A program made the position numbers and the translations under genes. A DNA stretch of 63,478 nucleotides, filler included, from Welwitschia mirabilis (lineage: Eukaryota): assembly GCA_051453625.1 (NCBI GenBank). It is 7 parts of one record of this genome, joined end to end, with 100 filler letters (N's around TTAATTAATTAA, not from the genome) between each part and the next. Parts side by side here need not be neighbours in the genome. Positions count along the whole stretch, not along the records: positions 32,293 to 57,970 come from JBOZIK010000001.1; positions 58,071 to 60,075 come from JBOZIK010000001.1; positions 60,176 to 61,872 come from JBOZIK010000001.1; positions 61,973 to 63,478 come from JBOZIK010000001.1; 3 more parts are not named here. One strand, given 5' to 3'. Within the stretch, counting starts at the first letter, position 1. Each line of letters opens with the position of its first letter. Shown piece after piece: positions 51,628 through 63,478 of the stretch. The notes beneath the pieces are model-generated. The model did no database searches. It saw only the letters and a program-made list of their open reading frames with translations, and had not been told where the DNA came from.

Positions 51628-54600
51628 AAATGTAACAACTGAAACTTATATAGTTGAAAAATTTAACTTGCTTCAATATCAAAATGTAATGGTTAAAAAT
51701 TTCTATAGTTGAAAAACTTCAAAACTTTAACGCTCTGGAATTTGATACTCAGGAAATGGCGCAAGAGTGTTAAAGGGTTAGGTAAGAGATATGATTGTGA
51801 ATTAAGTTAAAATCATAACGAAAACATACAGTAAGGACTCAAGAAATAAAAATCAAATACCATTTGGTGGGTAACTAAGAAAAATAGATATAGGACTCAA
51901 GGATATGTATATAACTTAAGTGTAACCGAGGAAATCCTAATTGAAGGACATTACTAAAAATATTCTCCTACTTATTCATAAATATTTAATTAAGTGGATT
52001 AAAGTTTTACTTCAAATGAATTATCAATATATAATGTCCTAGAAAAATTTTATAATCAAGAATTTTATTAACCAAAGTTTTATGAGTTTCATGATATTGG
52101 ACATAGAGATTATCGAACTACATGCATTTCTAAGCAATGGCTCATAGTATTTCTAATGGTATTATTTAATGTCTTAGCTAAAGAATTAAATTGATGCACA
52201 TAACTAGGTGAAAAAAGGACTAAAAGGACATGTTCAAGATTTTATAAGGATTCGAACCTATGATCCTACTCCTTTTGTTCCTAGGGATTAACGAATACAC
52301 CACGGTGTGTTAAACTAAAATAAATTAGTAGTAAACAAAGATAGAGAATTAGGAAAATAATGAAATACTATCCAAGTTTTTAATTAGCTTAGGACATTAG
52401 GATGAGTAGATTATAATTTATTCTAATTATGCACACCTATGCGGAAGAACTTGATCATGTTTCACTAGACCACAGAGTTATGGAATGGAAAGAATAGAAG
52501 CAAATGAAGAGGTGAAATGTAGTATATTTTATAGATAATAAGATGGTTTAAATAGATTCTATAAAATAAACAATCTATAAAACAGATCTCACCTAACTAC
52601 TATATCGTTTAGTGATGGAAGATATGTAAACTAGTGAAGTTTCACTCAGAAAAGAAAGGTCAGAGAGCTTGTACAATTTGAAAACCTAGGGTGATAAAAA
52701 CACAGTCCTGAAGAAACATGATGAAAATGGATGCATGATCAATCGATCAAATAATGACTAAAGCTCTAGTAGGGTTTATGAAATGACTTTATTCAAATTA
52801 TCAAAAATTAACAAACAGTGGATTAATGTGGGAAGAGAGAGAGCATTAAGAAAACATAAAGAATGAAGGCATTTTAAGACATTACAAACATTTAATCTAA
52901 GCATACTTTTTAATTATTAAGGTCCATTCTAAAAACCCATTTGACACCTTCGAATGTGATGTTGAGAGATGGCTAAGAAATGATAGGGTGTCTTTCCTAC
53001 ACACCCAAGGCATTTTGCTTAATATCATTGCATAATAACATAATGAGATAGGTCATTCCAATAATCGAATGAAGGTAAGGGGACTTATGAAAAAGGGGAA
53101 AGATGGCATTAAGGCTTAAATGTCTATCCTCATAGTGCCATCCCTTATCAACATAAGCACTTTTCTCTAGCCACTAGGTAGATTCACAGTTTAAAATTCG
53201 CATCCAATCTTGGCCTCTCACTTGTGAGCATTGTGCTTGCCTAATGGAGAATTCAGTCACATACACCCATGGAAGTTGATAAAGATGCAGACTCAAATAC
53301 ACCATTCAACATAAAATGGCATGCTACTTTGCTTCCAAACGTCTAGTTCTCAAATCCTAAAATGATATGCTGGGTAGCTTTTTATGTATTTTTTTAAAAC
53401 ATTTAACACTCAAGTCCCTTCTAGGCAGAAAACATGCATAATTATCATTTGCTTTCGAATTACTACATACAAGCTCAACATAGGCAACATACTCTATTAC
53501 TAGCAATTAACGAGTAGTGTAACAGTTAGGGTAGTATGCACTGTAAGACAGGTTGGTAGTTCAACTCTGTGTGAAAACATTAAACCTTTTAACATTTGGG
53601 CTCAACAACCCTTCAACTCAAGCCCTATGTTATGAATGGGGATTCTCACAGTGCCCTCCATGTGGATCTCCTTCTTTTAAAATGGATCCCTCCTTTAAAA
53701 TGCTATCCCCTTAAAGAATTATAAGGCAATAAATTATATTTTTAGTTAATTGTTTTTTATTTTGTTATTATTATTATTTTTTAAAAACCCCTAACTTACA
53801 AGCTCTTTAAATAAGTTATTATTATCCTTATTATTTTTATAGTACTAAACAACTAACATTGCCCTTCACCATTTAAATCTTACTATAATTAAATAATCAT
53901 TTAAGGACTACTTTAAGCCTAATTGTGATGTGTTTTGAATCTTCTTAGAAGGAGCAAGAATCACATGCCCTTTTTTAAAAATTTATTTTTAAAATTATTG
54001 AACATAATTTATAGTTAAGGCTAACTATAAATAAAAATTCTCAAGACAACATTTCAATAGAAGATTAAAACTAAAATGTTAAAACATAATCATCCAAGAA
54101 GGATCTCAAGAATTTACAAATTGCAACTTGACATCCAATATAACATTGCATATACAAATGGCTAAGATCCAAGATTTTAATAAATTTCACCAATAATAGC
54201 TAGAACATATAATCTCAATATAATAAGAACTATTGCCAAAAGTATTTGAGAGTTAAATAACCATCATTCCATACAAAATTTCAGAGTAAACTTCAAGTAC
54301 TGCAAGCCACATAGTTAAAATAAATATAATCTGTCTCTCATCAAAATGATAATTAACATATTGATTGATTATGAAATCAGATAATTAACTCCAATAGCCC
54401 ATTGAGATATAATAATCAGGAGATTTTTCTACAATGATAGATCCAACGATCCATTATGAACTCATGCCATCTTAGCAATTAGACTTCATATTTATCACCT
54501 GTCACAAAAAGATATAGAATGAGAACTATGAAAATCTCACAGCTCCCAGTATGGCCAAGGAAAGAATAGGTATTTTGATAAGATACTTCAAGAATCAAGA

Positions 54601-54709
54601 TAATAAGAAAATGTTCAAGACTATTAAGAAATCTAAGACATTCATAAAAAATAAACTCATGATTATGAACAAGAATATCAAATATAATATATGTAATCAT
54701 CATTAACTT

Positions 54710-54954
54710 CACTGCCTCATTTAACGATCTGTTAAGCCCACTACCTCATTCGGCAGTATGTGGTACTCATATGCATATACAAAATCTCAATCATCATTAA
54801 CTTCATTACCTCATTTGATGATCTGTAAAGCCCATTGCCTCATTCAGTGATCTATGGTAATATAATATCCCCACTGCCTTATTTAGTGATCTGTGGTATG
54901 CTCTCTTAACTGTCTCGTTCGGTAATCTGTGAAGTCTACTACCTGCGATCTATG
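54710..54954. repeat. Seven copies of a ~24-bp motif CACTGCCTCATTCGGYGATCTRTG with variable spacers
   Basis: Spacers are about 5, 41, 5, 15, 12 and 5 bp. The same array occurs at 60833-61083, and partially at 59964-60075. Confidence 0.88.
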
Positions 54955-55589
54955 GAAAATCCATATCCATAGGTCCAATAAGATGACATCACGAAACTAA
55001 GATAGATTTTACCACAAGATAATAACTCAACCATAGTTTTGAATCGTAAGATAATAAGTCAATATAATAGAAATTATTATAAATTTTATCTCATACTAAG
55101 AAATATAATCTCAAAATACCAAGAAAAAGATAATGAAGATAAGAGACGTATTAGCACAGATTTTATCTCATTCAAGCATTGCATGATTTAATGTTTAACA
55201 TACAGGAATATAAATACACATTGATTTTAATAAGCAAATCCATAAGAAAGGATCATCAAGAAAATACAATAGTATAGAATAATACATAGCATGATAATCT
55301 TAATACAGAATGCATAAGAAAGGACCAATAAGAACACAAGAGGATTAGGAATCATACAATAAACATGATAACTTCAATATAGAATACATACAGAAGGACC
55401 AACAATGAAATATGAAGGTAAAAAACTAGACCAATTATCAAAAAGAACTCGAGATCTTTGCTAGTCTTCAAATCTTTTTTGGCTCTAAGGCTCAGTAGCA
55501 AAAAGGTTCTCCAAAATGAAAGTGAAGCAAAAGGGGGAGGAGAGTCCTATTTATAATTGAAATTTGGTGGAATGTAAAGAGTTACAAGA

Positions 55590-55824
55590 ATATAAGGACA
55601 AACAAAAGTTGGTAAAGATTCCTTACATATGAGGATAAACGAAGGTTGGCAAAGATTCCTTACATATGAGGACAAACGAAAGTTGGCAAAGATCCCTTGC
55701 ATATGAGGACAAACAAAGGTTGGTAAAGATTCCTTATATATGAGGACAAACAAAAGTTTGCAAAGATTCCTTACATATGAGGAAGAATGAAAGTTGGCAA
55801 AGATTCCTCACATAAGAAGACAAA
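55590..55824. repeat. 37-bp minisatellite, ~6.3 copies (ATATGAGGACAAACRAARGTTGGCAAAGATTCCTTAC)
   Basis: Units start at 55590, 55627, 55664, 55701, 55738 and 55775. Four more units at 61723-61870. Confidence 0.95.
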
Positions 55825-57256
55825 ATATCATGGATGAGGGCAGTTAACAAAGGTGTTACATAATTGCCTGGCCACCGGGTGCTTTTAATAATAAAATCAA
55901 AATAATGCTTTACATTAAAAAAAAGAATAAATAACATATCTCCATAGTCAATATTCAATTCAAAATTTACTTCAACTGCATAAATAATAAAAGATATCAT
56001 TTCCACCACAAGAGCATATAAAGATTGAGTAAAAACATTTACATAAAACAATATTCATATTGCAATTCAATAATACAACATTTTAATAACATGACAATTA
56101 CAACAATTGGAATTTCAAGTAATCTAATATTTTCCAAATATTTCATTAAACATAAACTTGCAAATTTATTACAAAAGCAAAAATGTGGATGTGACATTAT
56201 TGAATAGATGTATTATTATAATAGAATTTGCTCAAATTCTAAGGATGGAATCATAAGTACAAAGAAAATAAGCATAAACTCTTACTATTTAAGGAAATGA
56301 TGGATTATTCTGAATTATCATAATCCAAGTACCTTATCTTAAAACAAACATATAAATCTCAAAACAAGCTAGTATATATTTTGAACTTCTTTTGCTAGTA
56401 TTCTTTTTATTTTCATTTAGTGAGAATAGTCATAATTTCTTAGTCATTTCTTCATGTTTTTTTTAATACATCACCAATATTAATGAGATTTTGTAGCTTA
56501 CTTCAATTAAATTTGGTAATCATTTTTTTCAAATGTTACTTTCCTTGCTATTTTAGTTAGTATGTCAATTTCTTTAATACCAATATATGCATCTATTATT
56601 ATAATTAAATGTGATAAAATACTTATTGAGAACTCATTGTCATTGATTAACTTAATGAGTTTTTGTAGTTAGTCTTTTATTAGGTATTTCCTAATACCAA
56701 GCGGCCAACTTATAAGATCCGGTGATCGACTATTAAAGAATTGTGACATTACTTCAAAATTGGGTGACCGCAAATGTAACACCAGGCGACTGAACTAATA
56801 CAACATAAAAAAGACCAGTTCAAACATGGGCGACTACTATCCATACATGGGTGATCGTATTTCACTTAGTAAGATCCAATCTGATAGCAGGTTGGGTGAC
56901 CGAAACTATTCCTATGGGTGAATGCATCACATGCAGTAAGATACTATCTGGTAGTAATATGGGTAATCAATAAGATTACTATGAGTAACCACATCACATG
57001 CAGTAAGATTCTATCTAGTATCAGTACGGATGATAGACAAGATTACCACTGGCAACTGCATGACAACCAAAAGAACTTGAATTTGGTGATTGTAAGGTTC
57101 ACCAAATAACATGGTAACAGGTGACTGCATTCTGCCTAGAATCTCCCCTCATAAAANNNNNNNNNNNNNNNNNNNNNNNNNNNNNNNNNNNNNNNNNNNN
57201 NNNNNNNNNNNNNNNNNNNNNNNNNNNNNNNNNNNNNNNNNNNNNNNNNNNNNNNN

Positions 57257-57970
57257 TAAAAGTTATCCTTACAATCATACAAATCTTTACAATATTTTTA
57301 AGTGTTAATTTATAATTCAAACTATGATTGGAGTTTTCATACATACATGGATTATGTAATATTGCCAAGCACTTCACAGTAAATCATAAAGCCATACTTC
57401 ACCTCCTTCATTTGATAAACTTACTACAAAGTACATTTTGGAATCTCTTCTTAATTGCCTTCATGTTGGAAATAGTTGGTATAGACTAGCCTTTAGCTTT
57501 ACTCTGTTGTTCTTCAATAAAAAAATCCACATAATTTAGTCTAAGTCATTAATATCATCAATCAAAAGATTCATAAAACTTACCCTTAGGTTAGATGTAA
57601 CCCTTCATCACAAAGCTTACCTTCATGGTATACTGATATCCAAAATTTAGAAAAACTCTTATGTTAATCATGACCTTCTAATCTTTTCCATGATCACTTA
57701 ATTAGAAGAAAGATTATGAACTAGCATATTTCTCATGCAAGAATTTTCTAAGAAAACAATTGAAATAAGTTAAACCACTTCATTTCATTTGTTAAAATAT
57801 CTCAATAACCTCCTTCCATTAACCAAAGCAAAATGTTCTTAAACCATTAAGTCTAAAAGTACAACTCAAGTTGGAAACATGACAATCTCTTACTTCAAAT
57901 TGTGACATAAACTTCTAAAGTTATTATGTAGAAATTATTCAAGCTTAAGTTTTAACATTGTCTACTTCTT
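57257..57970 (-). pseudogene. Possible highly decayed Ty1/copia integrase-region remnant
   Basis: Minus-strand fragments LIDD, SNEGGE and CLAILHNPCMYEN loosely follow the copia IDD..R / SDNGGE / GI.H..SC..TPQQN order. Weak match. Confidence 0.3.
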
Positions 57971-58249
57971 NNNNNNNNNNNNNNNNNNNNNNNNNNNNNN
58001 NNNNNNNNNNNNNNTTAATTAATTAANNNNNNNNNNNNNNNNNNNNNNNNNNNNNNNNNNNNNNNNNNNNATTTGTTAAAGATCTAATATTTTTGGACTG
58101 GATACAAACTTGTAGTGTGTTAAAATAATTAAACTTTATGTTTTTGAAGTATTAAAATTAATATTTTTATCAATGTCCTTTACCTATCTTTTTGTATTAT
58201 AGTTTAATATTGAGCTTATAACTAGTATTAATCAGTGGTTGGTGACTAG

Positions 58250-59141
58250 TAGCTTAGATATACAATATATATATATATATGTATATGTATATAAAAGTTG
58301 GCCAAGGTTTATTAAATTTTTTCACCATTCGGATGAGGCTACAAGAATCAAGGCAAATATATTTTTCTTAACATTGACCATTGACCAAAAGTCAATGCTT
58401 ATTCTCAGACAAAATTTTCCTACTGTTAACCAAAATTCCCTTAGAAAATTTTGGCCAAGAATAAGCATTGACTTTTGATCAATGGTCAACATTAAGGTAA
58501 ATATATTTACCTTAATGATTGTAGCCTCATCCAAAAGGTGAAAAAATTTGATAAATCTCAGCCNNNNNNNNNNNNNNNNNNNNNNNNNNNNNNNNNNNNN
58601 NNNNNNNNNNNNNNNNNNNNNNNNNNNNNNNNNNNNNNNNNNNNNNNNNNNNNNNNNNNNNNNNNNNNNNNNNNNNNNNNNNNNNNNNNNNNNNNNNNNN
58701 NNNNNNNNNNNNNNNNNNNNNNNNNNNNNNNNNNNNNNNNNNNNNNNNNNNNNNNNNNNNNNNNNNNNNNNNNNNNNNNNNNNNNNNNNNNNNNNNNNNN
58801 NNNNNNNNNNNNNNNNNNNNNNNNNNNNNNNNNNNNNNNNNNNNNNNNNNNNNNNNNNNNNNNNNNNNNNNNNNNNNNNNNNNNNNNNNNNNNNNNNNNN
58901 NNNNNNNNNNNNNNNNNNNNNNNNNNNNNNNNNNNNNNNNNNNNNNNNNNNNNNNNNNNNNNNNNNNNNNNNNNNNNNNNNNNNNNNNNNNNNNNNNNNN
59001 NNNNNNNNNNNNNNNNNNNNNNNNNNNNNNNNNNNNNNNTATTTACCTTAATGATTGTAGCCTCATCCAAAAGGTGAAAAAATTTGATAAATCTCAGCCA
59101 ACTTATATATATATATATATATGTATTATATATCTAAGCTA
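58250..59141. mobile_element. Foldback/MITE-like element with ~170-bp inverted arms containing (TA)n
   Basis: TAGCTTAGATATA (58250) and TATATCTAAGCTA (59141) mark the ends. Arm 58250-58419 pairs with 58444-58563 plus 59040-59141, leaving a 24-nt loop. The right arm is duplicated across the N gap, so the true length is probably ~0.36 kb. Confidence 0.75.
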
Positions 59142-59142
59142 G

Positions 59143-61872
59143 TTAAATAATCATTTAAGAATTACTTTAAGCCTAATTGTGATGTGTTTTGAATCTTCTT
59201 GGAAGGAGGGAAAACCACATGCCCTTTCTTAAAAATTTATTTTTAAAATTATTGTAGATAATTTGTAATCAAGGATAACTATAAATAAAAATTATCAAGA
59301 CAACATTTCAATAGAAGTTTGAAACTAAAATACCAAAACATAATCATCCAAGAAAGATCTCAAGAATTTACAAATTGCAACTTGACATCCAATATAACAT
59401 TGCATATACACATGGCTAAGATCCAAGATTTTAATAAATTTCTCCAATAATAGCTAGAACATATGATCTCAATATAACAAAAACTATTGCCAAAAGTCTT
59501 TGAGAGTTAAATAACCATCATTCCATATAAAATTTTAGAGTAAACTTCAAGTACTACAAGCCACACACTTATAATAAATATAATTTGTCTCTCATCAAAA
59601 TGATAATTAACATATTGATTAATCATGAAATCAGATAACTAACTCCAATAGCTCATTGAAATACAATAATCAGGATGTTTTTCTACTATTATAGATCCAA
59701 CGATCCATCATGAACTTATGTCATCTTAGCAATTAGACTCCAGATTTATCACCTACCACAAAAAGATATAGGATGAGAACTGTGAAAATCTCATAGCTCC
59801 CATTATGCCCCAGGCAATAATAGGTATTTTGACAAGATACTTCAAGGATCAAGATAACAAGAAAAAGTTTAAGACTTTCAAGAAATCTAAGACATTCATG
59901 AAAAATAAACTTATGCTTATGAACAAGAATATCAAATATAATATATATAATTATAATTAACTTCACTGCCTCATTTGGTGATATGTGAAGCCCACTGCCT
60001 CATTCAGTGATATATGGTACTCATATGCATATACAAAATCTCAATCATCTTTAACTTCACTGCCTCATTTGGTGANNNNNNNNNNNNNNNNNNNNNNNNN
60101 NNNNNNNNNNNNNNNNNNNTTAATTAATTAANNNNNNNNNNNNNNNNNNNNNNNNNNNNNNNNNNNNNNNNNNNNTCAATAAAAGTTTAAAACTAAAATG
60201 CCAAAACATAATCATCCAAGAATGATCTCAAGAATTTACAAATTGCAACTCAACATCCAATATAACATTGCATATACACATGGCTAAGATCCAAAATTTT
60301 AATAAATTTCACCAATAATAGCTAGAACATATAATCTCAATATAACAAAAACTATTGCCAAAAGTCTCTAAAAGTTAAATAACCATCATTCCATATAAAA
60401 TTTTAGAGTAAACTTCAAGTACTGCAAGCCAAACACTTATAATAAATATAATCTGTCTCTCATCAAAATGATAATTAACATATTGACTAATCATTAAATC
60501 AGATATTTAACTCCAATAGCCCATTGAGATACAATAATCAAGATATTTTTCTACCATTATAGATCCAACGATCCATCACGAACTCATGCCATCTTAGTAA
60601 TTAGACTCCAAATTTATCACCTGATTCAAAAACGATATGGGATGAGAACTGTGAAAATCTCATAGCTCCCAATATGGCCTAGATAAGAATAGATATTTTG
60701 ACAAGATACTTCAAGGATCAAGATAATAAGAAAAAGTTCATGAATTTCAAGAAATCCAAGACATTCACGAAAAATGAACTCATGGTTATGAATGATAATA
60801 TCAAATATAATATATATTATTATCATTAACTTCATTGCCTCATTGAATGATCTATGAAGCCCATTGGCTCATTCAGCAATCTGTGGTACTCATATGCATA
60901 TACAAAATCTCAATCATTATTAACTTCACTGCCTCGTTCGGCGATCTTTGAAGTCCACTGCCTTATTCGGTGATCTGTGGTAATATAATATTCTCACTAC
61001 CTCATTTAGTGATCTATGGAATTCTCTTTTCACTACCTTATTCGGCGATCTATGAAGTCCACTGCCTCATTTAGCGATCTGTGGAAAATCCATAACCATA
61101 GGTCCAAGAAGATGACATTATGAAACTAAGATAGGTTTTACCACAAGATAACACCTCAACCATAGTTTTGAATCATAAGATAATAAGTAAANNNNNNNNN
61201 NNNNNNNNNNNNNNNNNNNNNNNNNNNNNNNNNNNNNNNNNNNNNNNNNNNNNNNNNNNNNNNNNNNNNNNNNNNNNNNNNNNNNNNNNNNNNNNNNNNN
61301 NNNNNNNNNNNNNNNNNNNNNNNNNNNNNNNNNNNNNNNNNNNNNNNNNNNNNNNNNNNNNNNNNNNNNNNNNNNNNNNNNNNNNNNNNNNNNNNNNNNN
61401 NNNNNNNNNNNNNNNNNNNNNNNNNNNNNNNNNNNNNNNNNNNNNNNNNNNNNNNNNNNNNNNNNNNNNNNNNNNNNNNNNNNNNNNNNNNNNNNNNNNN
61501 NNNNNNNNNNNNNNNNNNNNNNNNNNNNNNNNNNNNNNNNNNNNNNNNNNNNNNNNNNNNNNNNNNNNNNNNNNNNNNNNNNNNNNNNNNNNNCTAGTCT
61601 TTAAGGATTTTTTTACTCCAAGGCTTGGTAGCATAAAGGTTCTCCAAAATGAACATGAAGCAAAAGGGGGAGGATAGTCCTATTTATAATCGAGATTTAG
61701 TGTAATGCGAAGAGTCATAAGAATATAAGGATAAATGAAAGTTGGCAAAGATTTCTTACATATGAAAACATACAAAGGTTGGCAAAGATTCCTTACATAT
61801 AAGGATAAATAAAAGTTGCCAAAGATTCCTTGCATATGAAAACAAATAAAGGTTGGTAAAGATTTCTTACAT
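59143..61872 (-). mobile_element. Two further partial copies of the 53890-55860 LTR-like sequence (59143-60075 and 60176-61872)
   Basis: Collinear high similarity, including parallel spurious ORFs 54479-54712, 59733-59966 and 60626-60835. Separated by artificial join spacers. Confidence 0.8.
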
Positions 61873-62856
61873 NNNNNNNNNNNNNNNNNNNNNNNNNNNN
61901 NNNNNNNNNNNNNNNNTTAATTAATTAANNNNNNNNNNNNNNNNNNNNNNNNNNNNNNNNNNNNNNNNNNNNGAACACATCCTGTTCTGATAGTATAAGA
62001 AGACATTTTCAGTTTTGATGGATTTAGTGCATATCATTTTGAGTCTCTAAATTAAATAGTACAATTTCAGGATGTTTTTACAGCTATACTCCATTAGAGT
62101 AACATGAGCTTGGAATAAGAATTTTTCATGAGATAGTTTTTAGAATTCATAGCTTTTGAAAGGGATTTTATCAACAACAATTGATTGACTATAATATATC
62201 ATTGTGGAAAACCTCAGAAAAATGTCTCTTTCAAAATTGATTCTAGAAAACATTGTTACATAGGCCTTTTTTCAATGATATCTAAAGTCGTGTCATTTTC
62301 AGAAATTTAATCCTACAATAGTGTATTTGGGTTTTTTGTGGGTTTTGGGTTACCGTTGCATTACAGGTCTTGACAGTTGCCTTCAGTACACACCTCAGCA
62401 GTTTGTGCTGGAATTCCTCCAAAACGAAGTCGAACCACATCACAGAATCTCTAGATAATGTGGGTTGGGGACCCATCTATTAAGCATCTACTTAATTAAG
62501 CATGGCATTCCCAAGACGTAGGTATTGCCCGAGACACACCTTGTTTAGTACTTCAAAGGCTGTAACCACAAGCGGGCTTAGCATGCCTTTAAGAAGGTAT
62601 TGATATTGCTCTCTTCCCCTTAGCCATTTTTCCCTTTTAAGATGTAGGTGAACACTTCTTTTGATGAATTTAACTTAATGTGGATACTACATGAGACCAA
62701 TCAGATTTATGAAATTGAGTGGATTGAATCTAAGTAGCTTGTACCTGAGAAAATTATCTATAACATCTGAAGAGTAAAAATGAACATTGATCATCCTTAA
62801 AAAGATTTGGAGAAACAATCCTCATTTACCTACTCAATATCACTATTTTTAGATAT

Positions 62857-63177
62857 TTAGGTGATCACAACGTGCCCTTCTTGCAAAGGATCTATTGAAA
62901 GTAGTTCTTCCACTAGGTCCAAGTCTTGCCTTGGAAGATTACTTTTGAAATAAAGCTTTAAATATTGCCTATTGACATGGAAGGCTTCATAGCTAGTGGT
63001 ATCTTGGATGCAAATGAACCCATTAGGTTGAATTTTCATAATACAATAGGGGCCTAACCATCTAAACACAAGCTTATTATGAATCACACTAACTTTAATG
63101 TTGAAGACAAGTGCTAATTGATCAGGCTCAAAATGTTTGGGTTGGATATGCTTATGGTGATAATATTTTGCTTGCAC
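62857..63177 (-). pseudogene. Gypsy integrase C-terminal (GPY/F) remnant
   Basis: KYYHHKHIQPKHFEPDQLALVFN...NKLVFRWLGPYCI...PNG...FHVNRQYLKLYF. Matches the non-chromoviral (Athila/Tat) integrase tail and parallels 17825-18110. Confidence 0.82.
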
Positions 63178-63478
63178 TTTGGTGATAAACTTGTTGAGGA
63201 GAATTAAAAGTTAAGTTTCAATGAGACATCTGAAGAAGATCAGGCAGTATGCTCAAAATAAGATGGCCACTTTGATTAACAACAAAAGGATTAATCTAAA
63301 CTACCAGTGGAATATTCTAAGCAGAGTCGACACAAAATCCTACGATTCATTACTGTTGAAATTGAGCCCAGAAAAGTGATTCTTAAAACAGAGAGAACAA
63401 GGAGAGAATATTACACAATTACACAACTGCATACAATCAAGAAGGCTATGCCTTAAATACATGAGATGAGGCTAATGA

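Larger units (their letters stand above)
53890..55860 (-). mobile_element. LTR-like sequence, probably chromovirus (Tekay/Del-type), on the minus strand
   Basis: Right end GGTGTTACA reads TGTAACACC on the minus strand. TATA-like CCTATTTATA at ~55546-55555. Contains 37-bp and 24-bp repeats. Further copies at 59143-60075 and 60176-61872. Left boundary not resolved. Confidence 0.55.

Noticed and set aside
54479..54712. Hydrophobic ORF recurring three times (also 59733-59966 and 60626-60835) as a small membrane protein family
   Set aside because: Recurrence follows from the DNA duplication. The I/F/L-rich composition is expected from T-rich sequence, and there is no recognisable domain.
54710..55824. 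CRISPR-like appearance of the 24-bp spaced repeats and 37-bp repeats
   Set aside because: Eukaryotic retroelement context and no cas genes. Spacers are 5-41 bp and reused, or absent in the 37-mer, and the repeats are degenerate.
58239..58534. Two similar ORFs on opposite strands
   Set aside because: A by-product of the inverted repeat, with no coding evidence.
63192..63478. Possible LTR start TGTTGAGGAG interrupting the integrase remnant
   Set aside because: The window ends before any second terminus, PBS or PPT could be checked, so support is insufficient.

Overview
This window is very AT-rich, CpG-depleted plant nuclear DNA from a gappy draft assembly. It contains many N runs and six artificial 100-bp N44-TTAATTAATTAA-N44 join spacers. 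I see no host protein-coding gene, RNA gene or CRISPR array. Nearly all readable sequence is decayed, nested LTR retrotransposon. The dominant family is Ty3/gypsy of the Athila lineage: TGTTG...CAACA LTRs of about 1.1-1.4 kb, tRNA-Asp-type PBS, AAGTAGGGGGCTA-type PPT, and remnants of gag, protease, RT, GPY/F integrase and an extra env-like ORF. About a dozen full or partial LTRs of this family are present, on both strands. There are also Ty1/copia Sirevirus-type pieces (a 3' LTR with multiple PPTs, and a minus-strand pol remnant). A chromovirus-like (tRNA-Met PBS) LTR-type sequence with 37-bp and 24-bp internal repeats occurs in up to three copies. Other features are a ~170-bp-arm foldback element containing (TA)n runs and several local duplications. 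I cannot support a new biological system. The best leads are the extra Athila ORF, the foldback element, a tandem micro-array of LTR terminus plus PBS, and repeated LTR-into-LTR insertion. All translations and alignments were done by eye, so boundaries are approximate unless a terminal motif is quoted.
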